A model generated the notes under the pieces. The model did no database searches. It worked only from the letters and a program-made list of their open reading frames with translations, and was not told where the DNA came from. A DNA stretch of 64,000 nt, from positions 1 to 64,000 of the IMG/VR virus record IMGVR_UViG_3300032270_000270; one strand, given 5' to 3'. The translations under genes and the position numbers were made by a program. This document shows positions 1 to 9,475 of this stretch, one piece after another (the stretch's first letter is position 1; each line of letters begins with the position of its first letter). The stretch is from a virus. Lineage: Duplodnaviria; Heunggongvirae; Uroviricota; Caudoviricetes.

Positions 1-662
1 GATGTGCCAGATGTTCCAGATGTTCCAGCTGTACCAGTTAATCCACTAGAAGCAGAGGTACCAGAACTTGCACTTGTACCAGATGTTCCATCTTGACCAG
101 ATGTTCCTGCTGTGGCATCTCTACCACTAGTTCCACTACTTCCATCTGTTCCACTACTTCCAGAAGTTCCATTAGTTCCAGAAGAACCACTAGTAGCAGA
201 AGTACCTGAAGTACCACTTGTACCACCTGTACCACTCACACCAGCAGAACCACTAGTGCCATTTGAACCAGCTCTACCAGAAGAACCACTAGTGCCACTA
301 GAACCACTTGATGATGTTCCAGATGTACCTGTAATTCCAGATGAACCTGAAGTACCATTTGATCCTGAAGGACCTGTAACACCAGAAGTTGCAGATGTTC
401 CATTAGTTCCAGATATACCAGAAGAGCCAGTTATACCAGAAGTACCAGAGGTACCATTAAGACCAACAACACCATTACAAAGAGCATCATCTATTTTTGA
501 TAGAGCACAGTCTAAGTTTTCTCCAGTTTGAATTCCTGAACAAGGAAGGTTAGGTCCATTATATATAACACGATCTGCTGTAGTTTCACAAGGGATAGAA
601 CCACAGTTTTCACTAGGTTGATAATATGCGTTATAACAAGGATCGCCAGGATTGCAAGCCAT
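1..662 (-). CDS. collagen-like (Gly-X-Y repeat) tail fibre protein, 5' portion; the gene continues beyond the window start
   Basis: Manual translation of the minus strand from the ATG at about 662: MACNPGDPCYNAYYQPSENCGSIPCE..., then more than 50 G-X-Y triplets (GTSGTSGITGSSGISGTNGTS...) with no stop down to position 1. It is absent from the ORF track because there is no in-window stop. Plus-strand ORF 112..531 (PLVP repeats) is its antisense shadow. Confidence 0.6.
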   Translation of the reverse strand, partial: MACNPGDPCYNAYYQPSENCGSIPCETTADRVIYNGPNLPCSGIQTGENLDCALSKIDDALCNGVVGLNGTSGTSGITGSSGISGTNGTSATSGVTGPSGSNGTSGSSGITGTSGTSSSGSSGTSGSSGRAGSNGTSGSAGVSGTGGTSGTSGTSATSGSSGTNGTSGSSGTDGSSGTSGRDATAGTSGQDGTSGTSASSGTSASSGLTGTAGTSGTSGT

Positions 663-683
663 TTTATTATTAGTTTAGATAAA

Positions 684-1865
684 TTAAGGAATATACATTA
701 TATAATATGCAGCTATGACAGGTTGGATGTTTGCGTGACCACCTCCATCTCCTGTATTTTGTATTGTAACACTTGTGTTTGCTGTGGCTGAAATACCTGT
801 TGTATTACTAGATACAGCTTTATTATTTGGTCCAGCTTCACTACCCACTACATTTGTTCCATCACCACCATTCTTACCTAAGTAGTTAACGAAGTGTGTA
901 TGACCAGGGTCAACTATACTTACACTAGTAAATGCTGTAGATGTATGTGAGTGAGAAGGTAATTGTGCTGTAGTAAGTGTTACAGTATTTGCACCTGCTG
1001 TGGTGAATAATGCATAATTTGGATTGCCTGTAAATGAAGGATTTACAGCAGTATCAAGACCAATATTAATAGGTGGAACATCTTCAATGGCTCCAACAGC
1101 AACACGTCCTCTTTTATCAGGAGTCCCATTAAGACCATTACATAGATATACATTATAGAAACCAAAACTTGGAATACCAACACCTGCTCCATCAAAATTA
1201 GTTAATGGTCCATAGTATTCATATGCTACAAATGGAACCATTTTTAAATATTGTTGTATGCTTCCACTTCCTGCTTGACTAGCTAAATAAGCTGCAATCA
1301 AAGCATCAAGATCTGATAGTTTAACATAGTTTGTATCTACATCAAGTTCAAGAGCAGCAAGATCAGCTATAGTATCACATAGCCTTGTTATAATAGCTTG
1401 GACAATAGCATGCGTATCTGAGCTAGTTGTTACACCAGTCAAACAATCAATATCATAGTCAGCATTTAGTATAGTTATTTCAGCATCAATTGCATCAATC
1501 TGAGCTTGTAAATCACAAACTACTTGTACTAAAGCATTAAACAACTGTGCAGATGTCCAAGTATCTGCTTCACTTGGAGTAGGTAAATAACCATTTATAA
1601 TTGCACAACGTATACTTTCTAATATAAGAATCTTATCTCCTTCTCCAGTTAAGAGAGGAACTAAGTTATTAATTATATTATCTAATACAAGTTGAAGGTT
1701 ATCTCCATATGTTATATCTAAAGGGATGCTGTCAAGACCTGTATATCTAACACATTGATCAGATACAATTTGTACACATCCATTATAACAGGCATCACAA
1801 GGTCTTGTTGTTGTAATGGTAGAAGTTGTACTTGTAGTGCTAGTAGTAGTGGTATCTTCTGGCAT
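684..1865 (-). CDS. tail fibre protein with a phage tail-collar-like C-terminal domain
   Basis: 393 aa. N-terminal poly-Thr tract, then a Cys-rich stretch. NGTPDKRGRVAVG and TLTTAQLPSHSHT...DPGHTHF motifs resemble the tail-collar domain (LPDLRGRF / HTLT..MP.H.H). It sits at the distal end of the structural operon. Confidence 0.55.
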   Translation of the reverse strand: MPEDTTTTSTTSTTSTITTTRPCDACYNGCVQIVSDQCVRYTGLDSIPLDITYGDNLQLVLDNIINNLVPLLTGEGDKILILESIRCAIINGYLPTPSEADTWTSAQLFNALVQVVCDLQAQIDAIDAEITILNADYDIDCLTGVTTSSDTHAIVQAIITRLCDTIADLAALELDVDTNYVKLSDLDALIAAYLASQAGSGSIQQYLKMVPFVAYEYYGPLTNFDGAGVGIPSFGFYNVYLCNGLNGTPDKRGRVAVGAIEDVPPINIGLDTAVNPSFTGNPNYALFTTAGANTVTLTTAQLPSHSHTSTAFTSVSIVDPGHTHFVNYLGKNGGDGTNVVGSEAGPNNKAVSSNTTGISATANTSVTIQNTGDGGGHANIQPVIAAYYIMYIP

Positions 1866-1873
1866 TTTATAAT

Positions 1874-2149
1874 TTATTTATTAATTAACACTATAACTCT
1901 ACTTATAATCTGAGAATCAGTAGGAAGACCACATACCATAGCATAGGTTGTGTTACAAAGTCTGTATGTTAATATTTGTTTGTAAGTTAATAGATCATCA
2001 ATTACTTCCCCAGGAATATAATTATTCATAGAGAATATAATATTGTTATACTGGCGATTTGCCCAGTAAGTCAGTCTTTCATCAATTTTTGTCAATGTAG
2101 CTGGAATACTACCATTGATTACACAATTTGTTAATCTTGGTGATAACAT
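1874..2149 (-). CDS. hypothetical protein (91 aa), structural operon
   Basis: ORF packed tightly between the fibre genes on the same strand. Confidence 0.35.
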   Translation of the reverse strand: MLSPRLTNCVINGSIPATLTKIDERLTYWANRQYNNIIFSMNNYIPGEVIDDLLTYKQILTYRLCNTTYAMVCGLPTDSQIISRVIVLINK

Positions 2150-2262
2150 CTTTTATTCTATTTGTAGCAGTTTTAAGTTTGTTGTTGCATGCTGAACATA
2201 GGCCATTAATCAATTGACAGCCACATCCCACCTTCATGCCACAGCCTCTACAGTTTGCCATA

Positions 2263-2820
2263 TTAAGGAAAATTAATTATATAGTTGTTTCCTGTACAAC
2301 CACATTGGTTTGCAATAAAATAATCTAATTGTCTGTTAGCTTGCATGTATAATTTGTTGGCTGTATCAATAGCACAGTTATTAGCTGCTGCTATGGAGCC
2401 TTGAATCATAAAGTTGATACTACTTAAAACTACTTTTGCTTGGGTTCTTATAGCTGAATCACATTCCATCATGTCAAGTTTCATAAATGCACTATCAAAC
2501 TTTTCTTGTATAGCTGCTGTACGCATGATATTTTTCTCTACATAATTTACAGTAGCAGGAGCAACTGAATATCTCATGAAATATACACCATCAGGTAAAG
2601 GAGCTGTAGCAGGAAAAACAGTTAAACCCAATATAATTGAGTTATAAGTATTTATTTGTTGAACATTAAAAGGAATAGCAACAGGAGAAGTGTAACCAGG
2701 TACAGTGATTTGCATAGTGGGAGCACTAACAACTGGTGGATCTGTATCATATACAGAAGTATCAGCTATTGCTAATGTCTCAGTGGTGTAAGTATTAATT
2801 ACTAAAAAATCTAATGTCAT
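2263..2820 (-). CDS. hypothetical virion protein (185 aa)
   Basis: Co-oriented ORF in the structural block; no recognisable motif. Confidence 0.4.
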   Translation of the reverse strand: MTLDFLVINTYTTETLAIADTSVYDTDPPVVSAPTMQITVPGYTSPVAIPFNVQQINTYNSIILGLTVFPATAPLPDGVYFMRYSVAPATVNYVEKNIMRTAAIQEKFDSAFMKLDMMECDSAIRTQAKVVLSSINFMIQGSIAAANNCAIDTANKLYMQANRQLDYFIANQCGCTGNNYIINFP

Positions 2821-2902
2821 GATTTTTTTTAATAAAAATGCCAGAGGATTTGAGATATCCTCTCACCCTCTGGCATAGGTTAATATGATGCTACCTTTTT
2901 CC

Positions 2903-4063
2903 TTAAGGAATCAAAGTAGTTGTTGTTGAAGTGCTAGGCCATACAGTAGTTGTAGTACTAGTAGTAGTAAGACAAGTTGTGTCACCTGCAACAGTTCCTA
3001 AACCAGCTTCTAAGATAGCTTCGATAGCAGTTGTTTGGTTGTTAGGAACAGCAATGATTACAGTTGAATCTTCCATGATGTAATCACCCCATTGGTAAGC
3101 ACTCTTGTCATACTCATTGAATTTGATGTAATACAAATCATAGATTGTACCATCAGTTACCCAAGACTCAAAGTTCTCGTTGTAACCATTCATTCTGTAT
3201 AAATGCTTTAAATAACCAGCTTGGTAGCTATAGAAGTTCTTTTCTAATTGTTGAACCTCAGCAGAAGTACCAGCAGGATAGTTAGAACGTTGAGTGATTA
3301 CAGGTTGAGCAACTCTGTTACAAGGATCGTCAACAATAAAGTCAGCAGTTGTAGCTGGACCAGAGAAGATGAAAGTTCTAAAGTAGAATCTGTCATACTC
3401 CCAAGGGAATGCAGCAACGTCACAAGGTTGTCCATAAGCAGTCAAAGGTTTACCAGTGATACGTAACAACGCAGATGAATCGTTACCAATTCTTTGGAAC
3501 TGATAGAACTGAGTCAAGTAAATGTTGTCTGGGTTATCACCAGGTGCATGTTCTTCTAACTTTATGATTAATGAATCAATCAAAGCTGGAACATCTACAT
3601 CTGTACAAGGATCGTCACCACATCCAAGACATGGAGCGTTTACTGTTACAGAACGAGTGAAACCATTGAAGTACAATGTGTTTAAGTAGCTAGAGAAACC
3701 ACGTAAAGTTAATGTAACGATCTCACCAGGTTTTACTGTGAAGTCAACTACATCAGTTACTTGATTTACAACAGTAGCACAGCCAGTAGACTTGTACCAT
3801 TCAGTTACGTTAGTCTTACAAGAAGATCCACCAGGACATCCAGAGATTTTGTCTGAACGCTTAGAACCTTGTAAGTAGGTGTTTGTTCTACCTTGAGCTA
3901 CATAAAAATAAGGGGCAGCAGCAATGTTACCAGCTGTGGCAACACTATAGTCATTTAGGAATATTCCTACTTGACCTGCTGTTAAATTCTGTGTTGATCC
4001 AGAGCTAGGTAATGTATTTCCTACTGGTACAACAAAGAGGGTGGTTAGGGAAAAATCAGCCAT
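2903..4063 (-). CDS. hypothetical structural protein with a C-terminal poly-Thr tract
   Basis: 386 aa. Ends TTCLTTTSTTTTVWPSTSTTTTLIP. Several Cys pairs. Lies in the structural block. Confidence 0.45.
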   Translation of the reverse strand: MADFSLTTLFVVPVGNTLPSSGSTQNLTAGQVGIFLNDYSVATAGNIAAAPYFYVAQGRTNTYLQGSKRSDKISGCPGGSSCKTNVTEWYKSTGCATVVNQVTDVVDFTVKPGEIVTLTLRGFSSYLNTLYFNGFTRSVTVNAPCLGCGDDPCTDVDVPALIDSLIIKLEEHAPGDNPDNIYLTQFYQFQRIGNDSSALLRITGKPLTAYGQPCDVAAFPWEYDRFYFRTFIFSGPATTADFIVDDPCNRVAQPVITQRSNYPAGTSAEVQQLEKNFYSYQAGYLKHLYRMNGYNENFESWVTDGTIYDLYYIKFNEYDKSAYQWGDYIMEDSTVIIAVPNNQTTAIEAILEAGLGTVAGDTTCLTTTSTTTTVWPSTSTTTTLIP

Positions 4064-4089
4064 TTTGCTTTATATTTAATTGTTAAAAA

Positions 4090-4821
4090 TTATTCGTTTG
4101 TTTGTATTCTATAAATTGAGCTTTGAACAGCACTTTGGTTTTCTGTATACATAGCCAAGTTTTGTACTGTCAGATCTAATAGTTCATCTTCTAGGTATAG
4201 TTCAAGTTCACAATCCTGATCGAAAGATGGTAAGCCATCAAGCATGATATATCCTGTCTTATTTATATATTGAGGATATCTCATGTAAGACATGTATATG
4301 TCTTTAGGTATAAATGTACCATCTGTAAATATAGAGATCTCATCAGAAGATATAAAGTTGAATGTCTCTTGGTATTCAAAAGAAGGTCTATAGTGAGTGT
4401 TGTTTAAGCAAAACTGTAAGTCACCATGCTTAGCAAGATCTCTATTAATCCAAACCTTTCTATCTATACATCTTCCTTTATCAGCTAATATATAACTATC
4501 TATATAGAACATGTACTGAGGTACAAGAAGATGGATATTTGCAAACCATTGATTTAGTTCAGCATTCTTCAATGCTAGGGGAAGAGGTTGGTGGTTGTAG
4601 GGCTGTACAAGACTTTGTAAGTCTTCATAACGCTTCTTAAACGCATCCATACCTAATCCAGAAACTGTACTAAACCCATCAACCTTTTGCTTTATCAGCT
4701 TAATTTGAGCTTCATTCAATGCTAAGATCTTATCTTCTACAGGAATCTCTTGATGCTCATTAGTGGATAGTTTATTTAGTTTCTGATCAATCTTATATAA
4801 TAAACTATCTACTGGGATCAT
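4090..4821 (-). CDS. hypothetical structural protein (243 aa)
   Basis: Co-oriented ORF; its stop overlaps the start of the upstream gene (4818-4821). Confidence 0.45.
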   Translation of the reverse strand: MIPVDSLLYKIDQKLNKLSTNEHQEIPVEDKILALNEAQIKLIKQKVDGFSTVSGLGMDAFKKRYEDLQSLVQPYNHQPLPLALKNAELNQWFANIHLLVPQYMFYIDSYILADKGRCIDRKVWINRDLAKHGDLQFCLNNTHYRPSFEYQETFNFISSDEISIFTDGTFIPKDIYMSYMRYPQYINKTGYIMLDGLPSFDQDCELELYLEDELLDLTVQNLAMYTENQSAVQSSIYRIQTNE

Positions 4822-5783
4822 ATTGCAGCTATTTTTTTACCTTTCAATTTACCTTCTAAAACTAACAATTGGTCTTGGTTATCTTCATCTGCTAAGAACT
4901 TCACTAATTCATCCTCATCAGCAGCTATTTCAAATTCACCTTCATAGACTCTTCCATTAGGTCTAACTCTATAAACTGAATGAGCAACAGCTTGTTTAAC
5001 CAAGTCTTTAATATGGAGTAAGTTTTCTTTCATATCTGCAAATCTGTTGAATACCTCAATTGGATTCAAACCTTGATATTTGCCATTCTTGAATTCAGTT
5101 TGTTTCAATATGTTATCCACTTGATTGTAAACTGATTCTTCTTTGGAATCATCTGATACTGGAAGACCAAGTAGACGAGCCACTTTCTTCTTCTTTTCAG
5201 GAGTCATACTATCAAACTTAACAATTGCTTTATTAATAAGTTGCTTCTTCTTAAACATCACCTTGTTCTCAATATCATCATCAGCAACGTAGTATTGAAT
5301 ATCAGCAGGGAATTCACCACGCTCCCAAGCTTGATAGCTAGAAGCAATTGTTGGATGAACTCTCAACCATGAGAATGCTAATTCTTGCAATGGCAATGTA
5401 AAGTCAAAATAGTTATCACCATCTAACAACTTAACTGGTTGAACGTGCAATGAATCATCAACAGAAGTTGATAAGCCATAATTCCAGAATGTAGAACGAG
5501 GACCTAAGTCAGCATTTAATGCTGCTTCAAGTTTTTCCTTTAACTCTGTTACTCTTTCAGTTTCTAATTCCCTTTCTAAAGGATCTTGGATTCTTCTAAT
5601 GTAAGCAGCTTTAGGATCTAAGCCTGTTCTATACTGTCCATCAAGTTCTTTATAAGGATACTTAAATACACCTGTACCAGGGATTCTTGTATAACCTTTC
5701 ATAGCCAGTCCACCTTGCATTGTTTGCAATTGTGAGTTGTTGTACTCTTTCTTAATAGTAGAGATTTTTCCTATCTTACCCAT
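4818..5783 (-). CDS. hypothetical structural protein (321 aa)
   Basis: Co-oriented ORF immediately downstream of the putative capsid gene. Confidence 0.45.
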   Translation of the reverse strand: MGKIGKISTIKKEYNNSQLQTMQGGLAMKGYTRIPGTGVFKYPYKELDGQYRTGLDPKAAYIRRIQDPLERELETERVTELKEKLEAALNADLGPRSTFWNYGLSTSVDDSLHVQPVKLLDGDNYFDFTLPLQELAFSWLRVHPTIASSYQAWERGEFPADIQYYVADDDIENKVMFKKKQLINKAIVKFDSMTPEKKKKVARLLGLPVSDDSKEESVYNQVDNILKQTEFKNGKYQGLNPIEVFNRFADMKENLLHIKDLVKQAVAHSVYRVRPNGRVYEGEFEIAADEDELVKFLADEDNQDQLLVLEGKLKGKKIAAI

Positions 5784-5954
5784 ATGTAGTTAATTTTTGT
5801 TGGTTTATTTGCAGATGGTTCCCATCGAAGGGAACACTGTAAGGCATGGAGCCTGTACATGTCCATCTGTGTAAAGAAGACTCCCCCACTTGGAAGTGGG
5901 GGGGAATTCTTCTTTGTATTTGTAGAGCGTAGTTCTAACCTTGCTCTAGGTTTT

Positions 5955-7508
5955 TTAGAATTGTGGTATTTCTTCAATCAAAACTGTACGAGACAAATCT
6001 TCAATGAACACATCACAACGATCTTTCATCCAAATCTCATATCCAGGGAATTTATTTGCAGAACTCATACCTTGAGACTTAGCAAAGCCTAAGTGACTAC
6101 GAGTACCATCGATATAACCCCAAGTCATAGAAGGTGCACCCTTCATACGTACTTCACGAATATTGTTGATCATAGAACCATCAGACATTGGAGATACATC
6201 AAACACCATAAATACTGGAGTTGACTTCTTGTTTTGTCCAAATTCTAAGTTTGTTTGAGGTAAGTCTAATTCTTTCAAGTGAATTAATTCAACACGACCA
6301 GTCTCACGAGTTACCATTGCATCGAATGCAAAGTTGTAAGTGATATGTTGACCTTCACCTTGCATGTATCTGTTACCAGAATCAGCCATGAAAGTAAGAC
6401 CAGAATTCAAAGCATCTGTTTTTAAAGCTTGTTGGAATACGTCAAAGCCAGCTTCATTAGTGTACATTTTAACACGTCTGTCTTTAACATCCACACGTCT
6501 GTAGAATAAGTCACCAAATACAGAACGAATCAAGTTAGCTGTAAACTCACCACGATTGTATTGTACTAAGTTACCATTGTTACGCATTCTGTGATATACA
6601 CCAGCAGAAGTACGCTTTAATTCTTGCTTAGAGCCATTAGTCTTCACAGTTCCAGGACGAGCCCAGATCATACGCTTAACTTTTAATTCTAACATAGACT
6701 TACGCATCCAGAACTCAATAAATGGTTCCCACTTAACATCGTTACGAGTTAAAGGTAATTGGTTACGTCTTTGAGGAGCATATACTAAGATGTCTAAAGG
6801 TTTGCCAGAAGCATCTCTCATCATCTTGTCATCAGCCCACTCAGTAATTTTGTGCTCATAACCATATGCAGAACCTAAAGATTCAAACATTGTGATTTGC
6901 TCACCCAAACGAGGAAGACCTAATAAGTCTTGATCGAATTCACCAATAGCAGCATCAACTAACTCTAATTCAACACCCACTTGCAAGAAGATAGGGCTTA
7001 CGAAATCAACAGTTGGGTTGTCACTTACTAAGGTAACAGTGTATAAGTATCCAACGTTCCAAGGAACTGGATCTTTTACTACGTAGAAACGTGGACCATA
7101 TTGACGAGTACCAACAGATACAATTGCGTTCTTAGAAAACTCATTAGTGTCAACGATGATTTGAAACTCTTGTCCATCAATACCAGGCTTGTTTAATTCC
7201 TGTGTTGAAGTTGGAACGTCAATGATTTTTGGGAACTTGTAAGGTACTTGTACTTGCCATTTCCAAGCATCACTATTATTGTCGATATAGTAAGGTGTGC
7301 TCTTGTTAATCATATCCAAGAAGTCATTACTATAAAGAGAACTCTGAGTGTACAAGCTGATGATTTTTTTATCATAATCAGCAGGCTCAGTTGAGTGAAA
7401 GCTCTCTAGATGGTTCGAGTCAGTCAATTTACCTACTGCACGCTTGTCCATAGAAGCTACTCTAGCATAGGTAAAACCAGTTAAACCTGGGATTGTTTGA
7501 ATTGCCAT
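5955..7508 (-). CDS. putative major capsid protein
   Basis: 517 aa ORF directly downstream of the acidic coiled-coil (scaffold-like) gene, in the canonical TerL-portal-scaffold-MCP order. No diagnostic motif can be read by eye. Confidence 0.4.
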   Translation of the reverse strand: MAIQTIPGLTGFTYARVASMDKRAVGKLTDSNHLESFHSTEPADYDKKIISLYTQSSLYSNDFLDMINKSTPYYIDNNSDAWKWQVQVPYKFPKIIDVPTSTQELNKPGIDGQEFQIIVDTNEFSKNAIVSVGTRQYGPRFYVVKDPVPWNVGYLYTVTLVSDNPTVDFVSPIFLQVGVELELVDAAIGEFDQDLLGLPRLGEQITMFESLGSAYGYEHKITEWADDKMMRDASGKPLDILVYAPQRRNQLPLTRNDVKWEPFIEFWMRKSMLELKVKRMIWARPGTVKTNGSKQELKRTSAGVYHRMRNNGNLVQYNRGEFTANLIRSVFGDLFYRRVDVKDRRVKMYTNEAGFDVFQQALKTDALNSGLTFMADSGNRYMQGEGQHITYNFAFDAMVTRETGRVELIHLKELDLPQTNLEFGQNKKSTPVFMVFDVSPMSDGSMINNIREVRMKGAPSMTWGYIDGTRSHLGFAKSQGMSSANKFPGYEIWMKDRCDVFIEDLSRTVLIEEIPQF

Positions 7509-7543
7509 TTTTATCCTTTTTTAATTTTTGTTATATAAATTGT

Positions 7544-8824
7544 TTATTGAAACCAAGAATTGGGTTTAGTTGATGGTTTAGATTTCACTGAACTTTTCTG
7601 GGCTTGTCTGGCAACTTCACCAAATAATTCATTAGACTTTTTGGTGATACCTGTCTTTTGAATAGTAGATAATGTAGGATCTTTCTCCATTATCTTCATG
7701 ATCAACGCAAGCTTTACTTTGGTTGCATGATTCTCAGGACGTTTCAGCTCCAGAATTGTACGATCAAAATCAGTGAGAGTCTCACCTGAATTTGTTTTGT
7801 ACTTATCTGTTACTAGGAAATCTTGTAGTTCACCAGCTAATTTAGGGTTAATTGGTATGCCATCAAATTCTTTAGCTTTGATCTTCTCTTGTAAAACGTT
7901 GTTTACGTTTTGATGATATTGTTGCTTGATGGCTTGTTGCTGTTGTAATTGGACCTCTTTTTGTTGCTCCATTTGTTGAAGCTTTTGGCCTTCTTTCTTT
8001 ATTAGGACCTTATGATGTTTAGCAGCAACACTTTCTAAATCACCATAGTTTTTTAATCTTTCTATTTCTGTTGTTACATCCTCAGGCTCAAACCCTTGAT
8101 CAGTCAAAGCTTGTTTTAGAACAGCCACTTGATTGTTCTCTTGAGTTAAGTCCATTTCAGCAAACGATTGAATTTGGCCAAATGTACCAAAGTAATCTTT
8201 AGGATCAACTCCTTTTACAAATATGGCATCAAATGCTTTTTGATAATCTTCTCCAAACTGTCCAATGAAATTATCTACAATTTCAATAGCCCCCTTTTTC
8301 TTTTCTGCTTGGAAGCGTTCTAAGAATGCTTCAGGAGTATCTATTGCAGTTTCTTCTTCTTCGTCCTCTTTAGAGAAAACACCTAGTTTGAAAAGGTCAT
8401 TTGATAATGCAGTGAATTGACTCTCAGGAGCTCCTTCTTCATCATCATCATTATCTTTACTATCTTCTTGATTATCAACAGGTTGCGTAGCTTTCTTAGC
8501 TGGTGCAGTTGCTGGTTCGTCATTATCTTCACCATCCTCATCATCATCTTCACCATATAAGAAATCTTGAATCCCTTTAACAGGTTCGTCTTTCTTATCG
8601 TCTGCAGGTTCTGCAGGATCTGGGATAGCTTGTTGTTTAGAAGTAGTTTTCTTTGTTGGAGCAGGTGCAGGTTCATCTTTGATGTCATGAATGTCATCAG
8701 GATTAGATGTAGCACTTTCAGGAGACATTAAATCATTTAATAACTCTTGGTTACCCATACCCATGTCCATAGTATCTTGAATACTAAAGTTGCCTATTTG
8801 AGGCATATCTAGATTTTCAGCCAT
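7544..8824 (-). CDS. putative scaffolding protein
   Basis: 426 aa. Very acidic N-terminal half (DDDEDGEDNDE...), a Q/E/K-rich coiled-coil segment (QQMEQQKEVQLQQQQAIKQQ) and a basic C-terminus. Lies between the portal and the putative MCP. Confidence 0.4.
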   Translation of the reverse strand: MAENLDMPQIGNFSIQDTMDMGMGNQELLNDLMSPESATSNPDDIHDIKDEPAPAPTKKTTSKQQAIPDPAEPADDKKDEPVKGIQDFLYGEDDDEDGEDNDEPATAPAKKATQPVDNQEDSKDNDDDEEGAPESQFTALSNDLFKLGVFSKEDEEEETAIDTPEAFLERFQAEKKKGAIEIVDNFIGQFGEDYQKAFDAIFVKGVDPKDYFGTFGQIQSFAEMDLTQENNQVAVLKQALTDQGFEPEDVTTEIERLKNYGDLESVAAKHHKVLIKKEGQKLQQMEQQKEVQLQQQQAIKQQYHQNVNNVLQEKIKAKEFDGIPINPKLAGELQDFLVTDKYKTNSGETLTDFDRTILELKRPENHATKVKLALIMKIMEKDPTLSTIQKTGITKKSNELFGEVARQAQKSSVKSKPSTKPNSWFQ

Positions 8825-8942
8825 ATGTAGTTGTATTTATTTGGTTTTCAATGTAAAAGTATATCAAGTTAAATTAACAGCAAAGAGACTAGGCTCTATA
8901 TAGGCTATTATTCAATATAATATAGCATTAATATTTTTTACT

Positions 8943-9473
8943 CTAATCTAATTTGTTAGTAAAATTGTCATTTATAAGCCTATAGCTTCTTATTGGAGCA
9001 AGATCTGTAAGCGTAACTTGTTGAACTTCAACTCCCCACTTGCGTGCTTCCACCCTAACTTTCTTTGTCAAAATATTATCAAGTTCAGAATCTGTACATT
9101 CTTCTAAGGTCATAGACATAATAATATTTTTTATAATACTTTGAGACATATCTGATAAGGCATCCTGTGCGTCATAGACTTCTAATAGGAATATCTTAAC
9201 ATCTGCTATCTTATATTTGACAAGTCCTTTAACTACAATGTTTTGCTTATCCTTTGTATATAAGGATTGAGCATCAAGACTAAGTGTTGTAACTACTACA
9301 TGCTGATCAATTGCCTCATCAAAGAAAGGAATCTTAAAGTGTATACCTGGTAGTAACACTTTGTTAAACTTTCCAAATCTAAGTAGTACAGCTTGCTCAT
9401 AGTCTCTGATAATGATGAATGGTAGAATATGATTCCACCATTCAATCAATACATCAATTAGTTTATCAAACAT
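8943..9473 (-). CDS. SPFH/band-7 (stomatin/prohibitin-like) domain protein
   Basis: 176 aa. AVLLRFGKFNKVLLPGIHFKIPFFDEAIDQHVVVTTLSLDAQSLYTKDKQNIVVKGLVKYKIADV matches the SPFH core pattern (RLG..VL.PG.HF.IPF.D.V...DLR....V..Q...TKDNV.V.V...V.YRI.D). Confidence 0.6.
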   Translation of the reverse strand: MFDKLIDVLIEWWNHILPFIIIRDYEQAVLLRFGKFNKVLLPGIHFKIPFFDEAIDQHVVVTTLSLDAQSLYTKDKQNIVVKGLVKYKIADVKIFLLEVYDAQDALSDMSQSIIKNIIMSMTLEECTDSELDNILTKKVRVEARKWGVEVQQVTLTDLAPIRSYRLINDNFTNKLD

Positions 9474-9475
9474 TA

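Noticed and set aside
112-531. Plus-strand ORF encoding a PLVP/PEVP proline-rich repeat protein (139 aa), with the minus-strand 38..235 ORF
   Set aside because: They are antisense and alternative-frame shadows of the Gly-X-Y repeat coding sequence of the collagen-like fibre gene, which reads in a different minus frame and is open from 662 to the window edge. Repeats generate long spurious ORFs in all frames.
8383-8715. Minus-strand ORF 110 aa (MLHLILMTFMTSKMNL...)
   Set aside because: It is fully embedded in the scaffold-like gene in another frame and has low-complexity hydrophobic and basic composition. It looks like a spurious shadow ORF.
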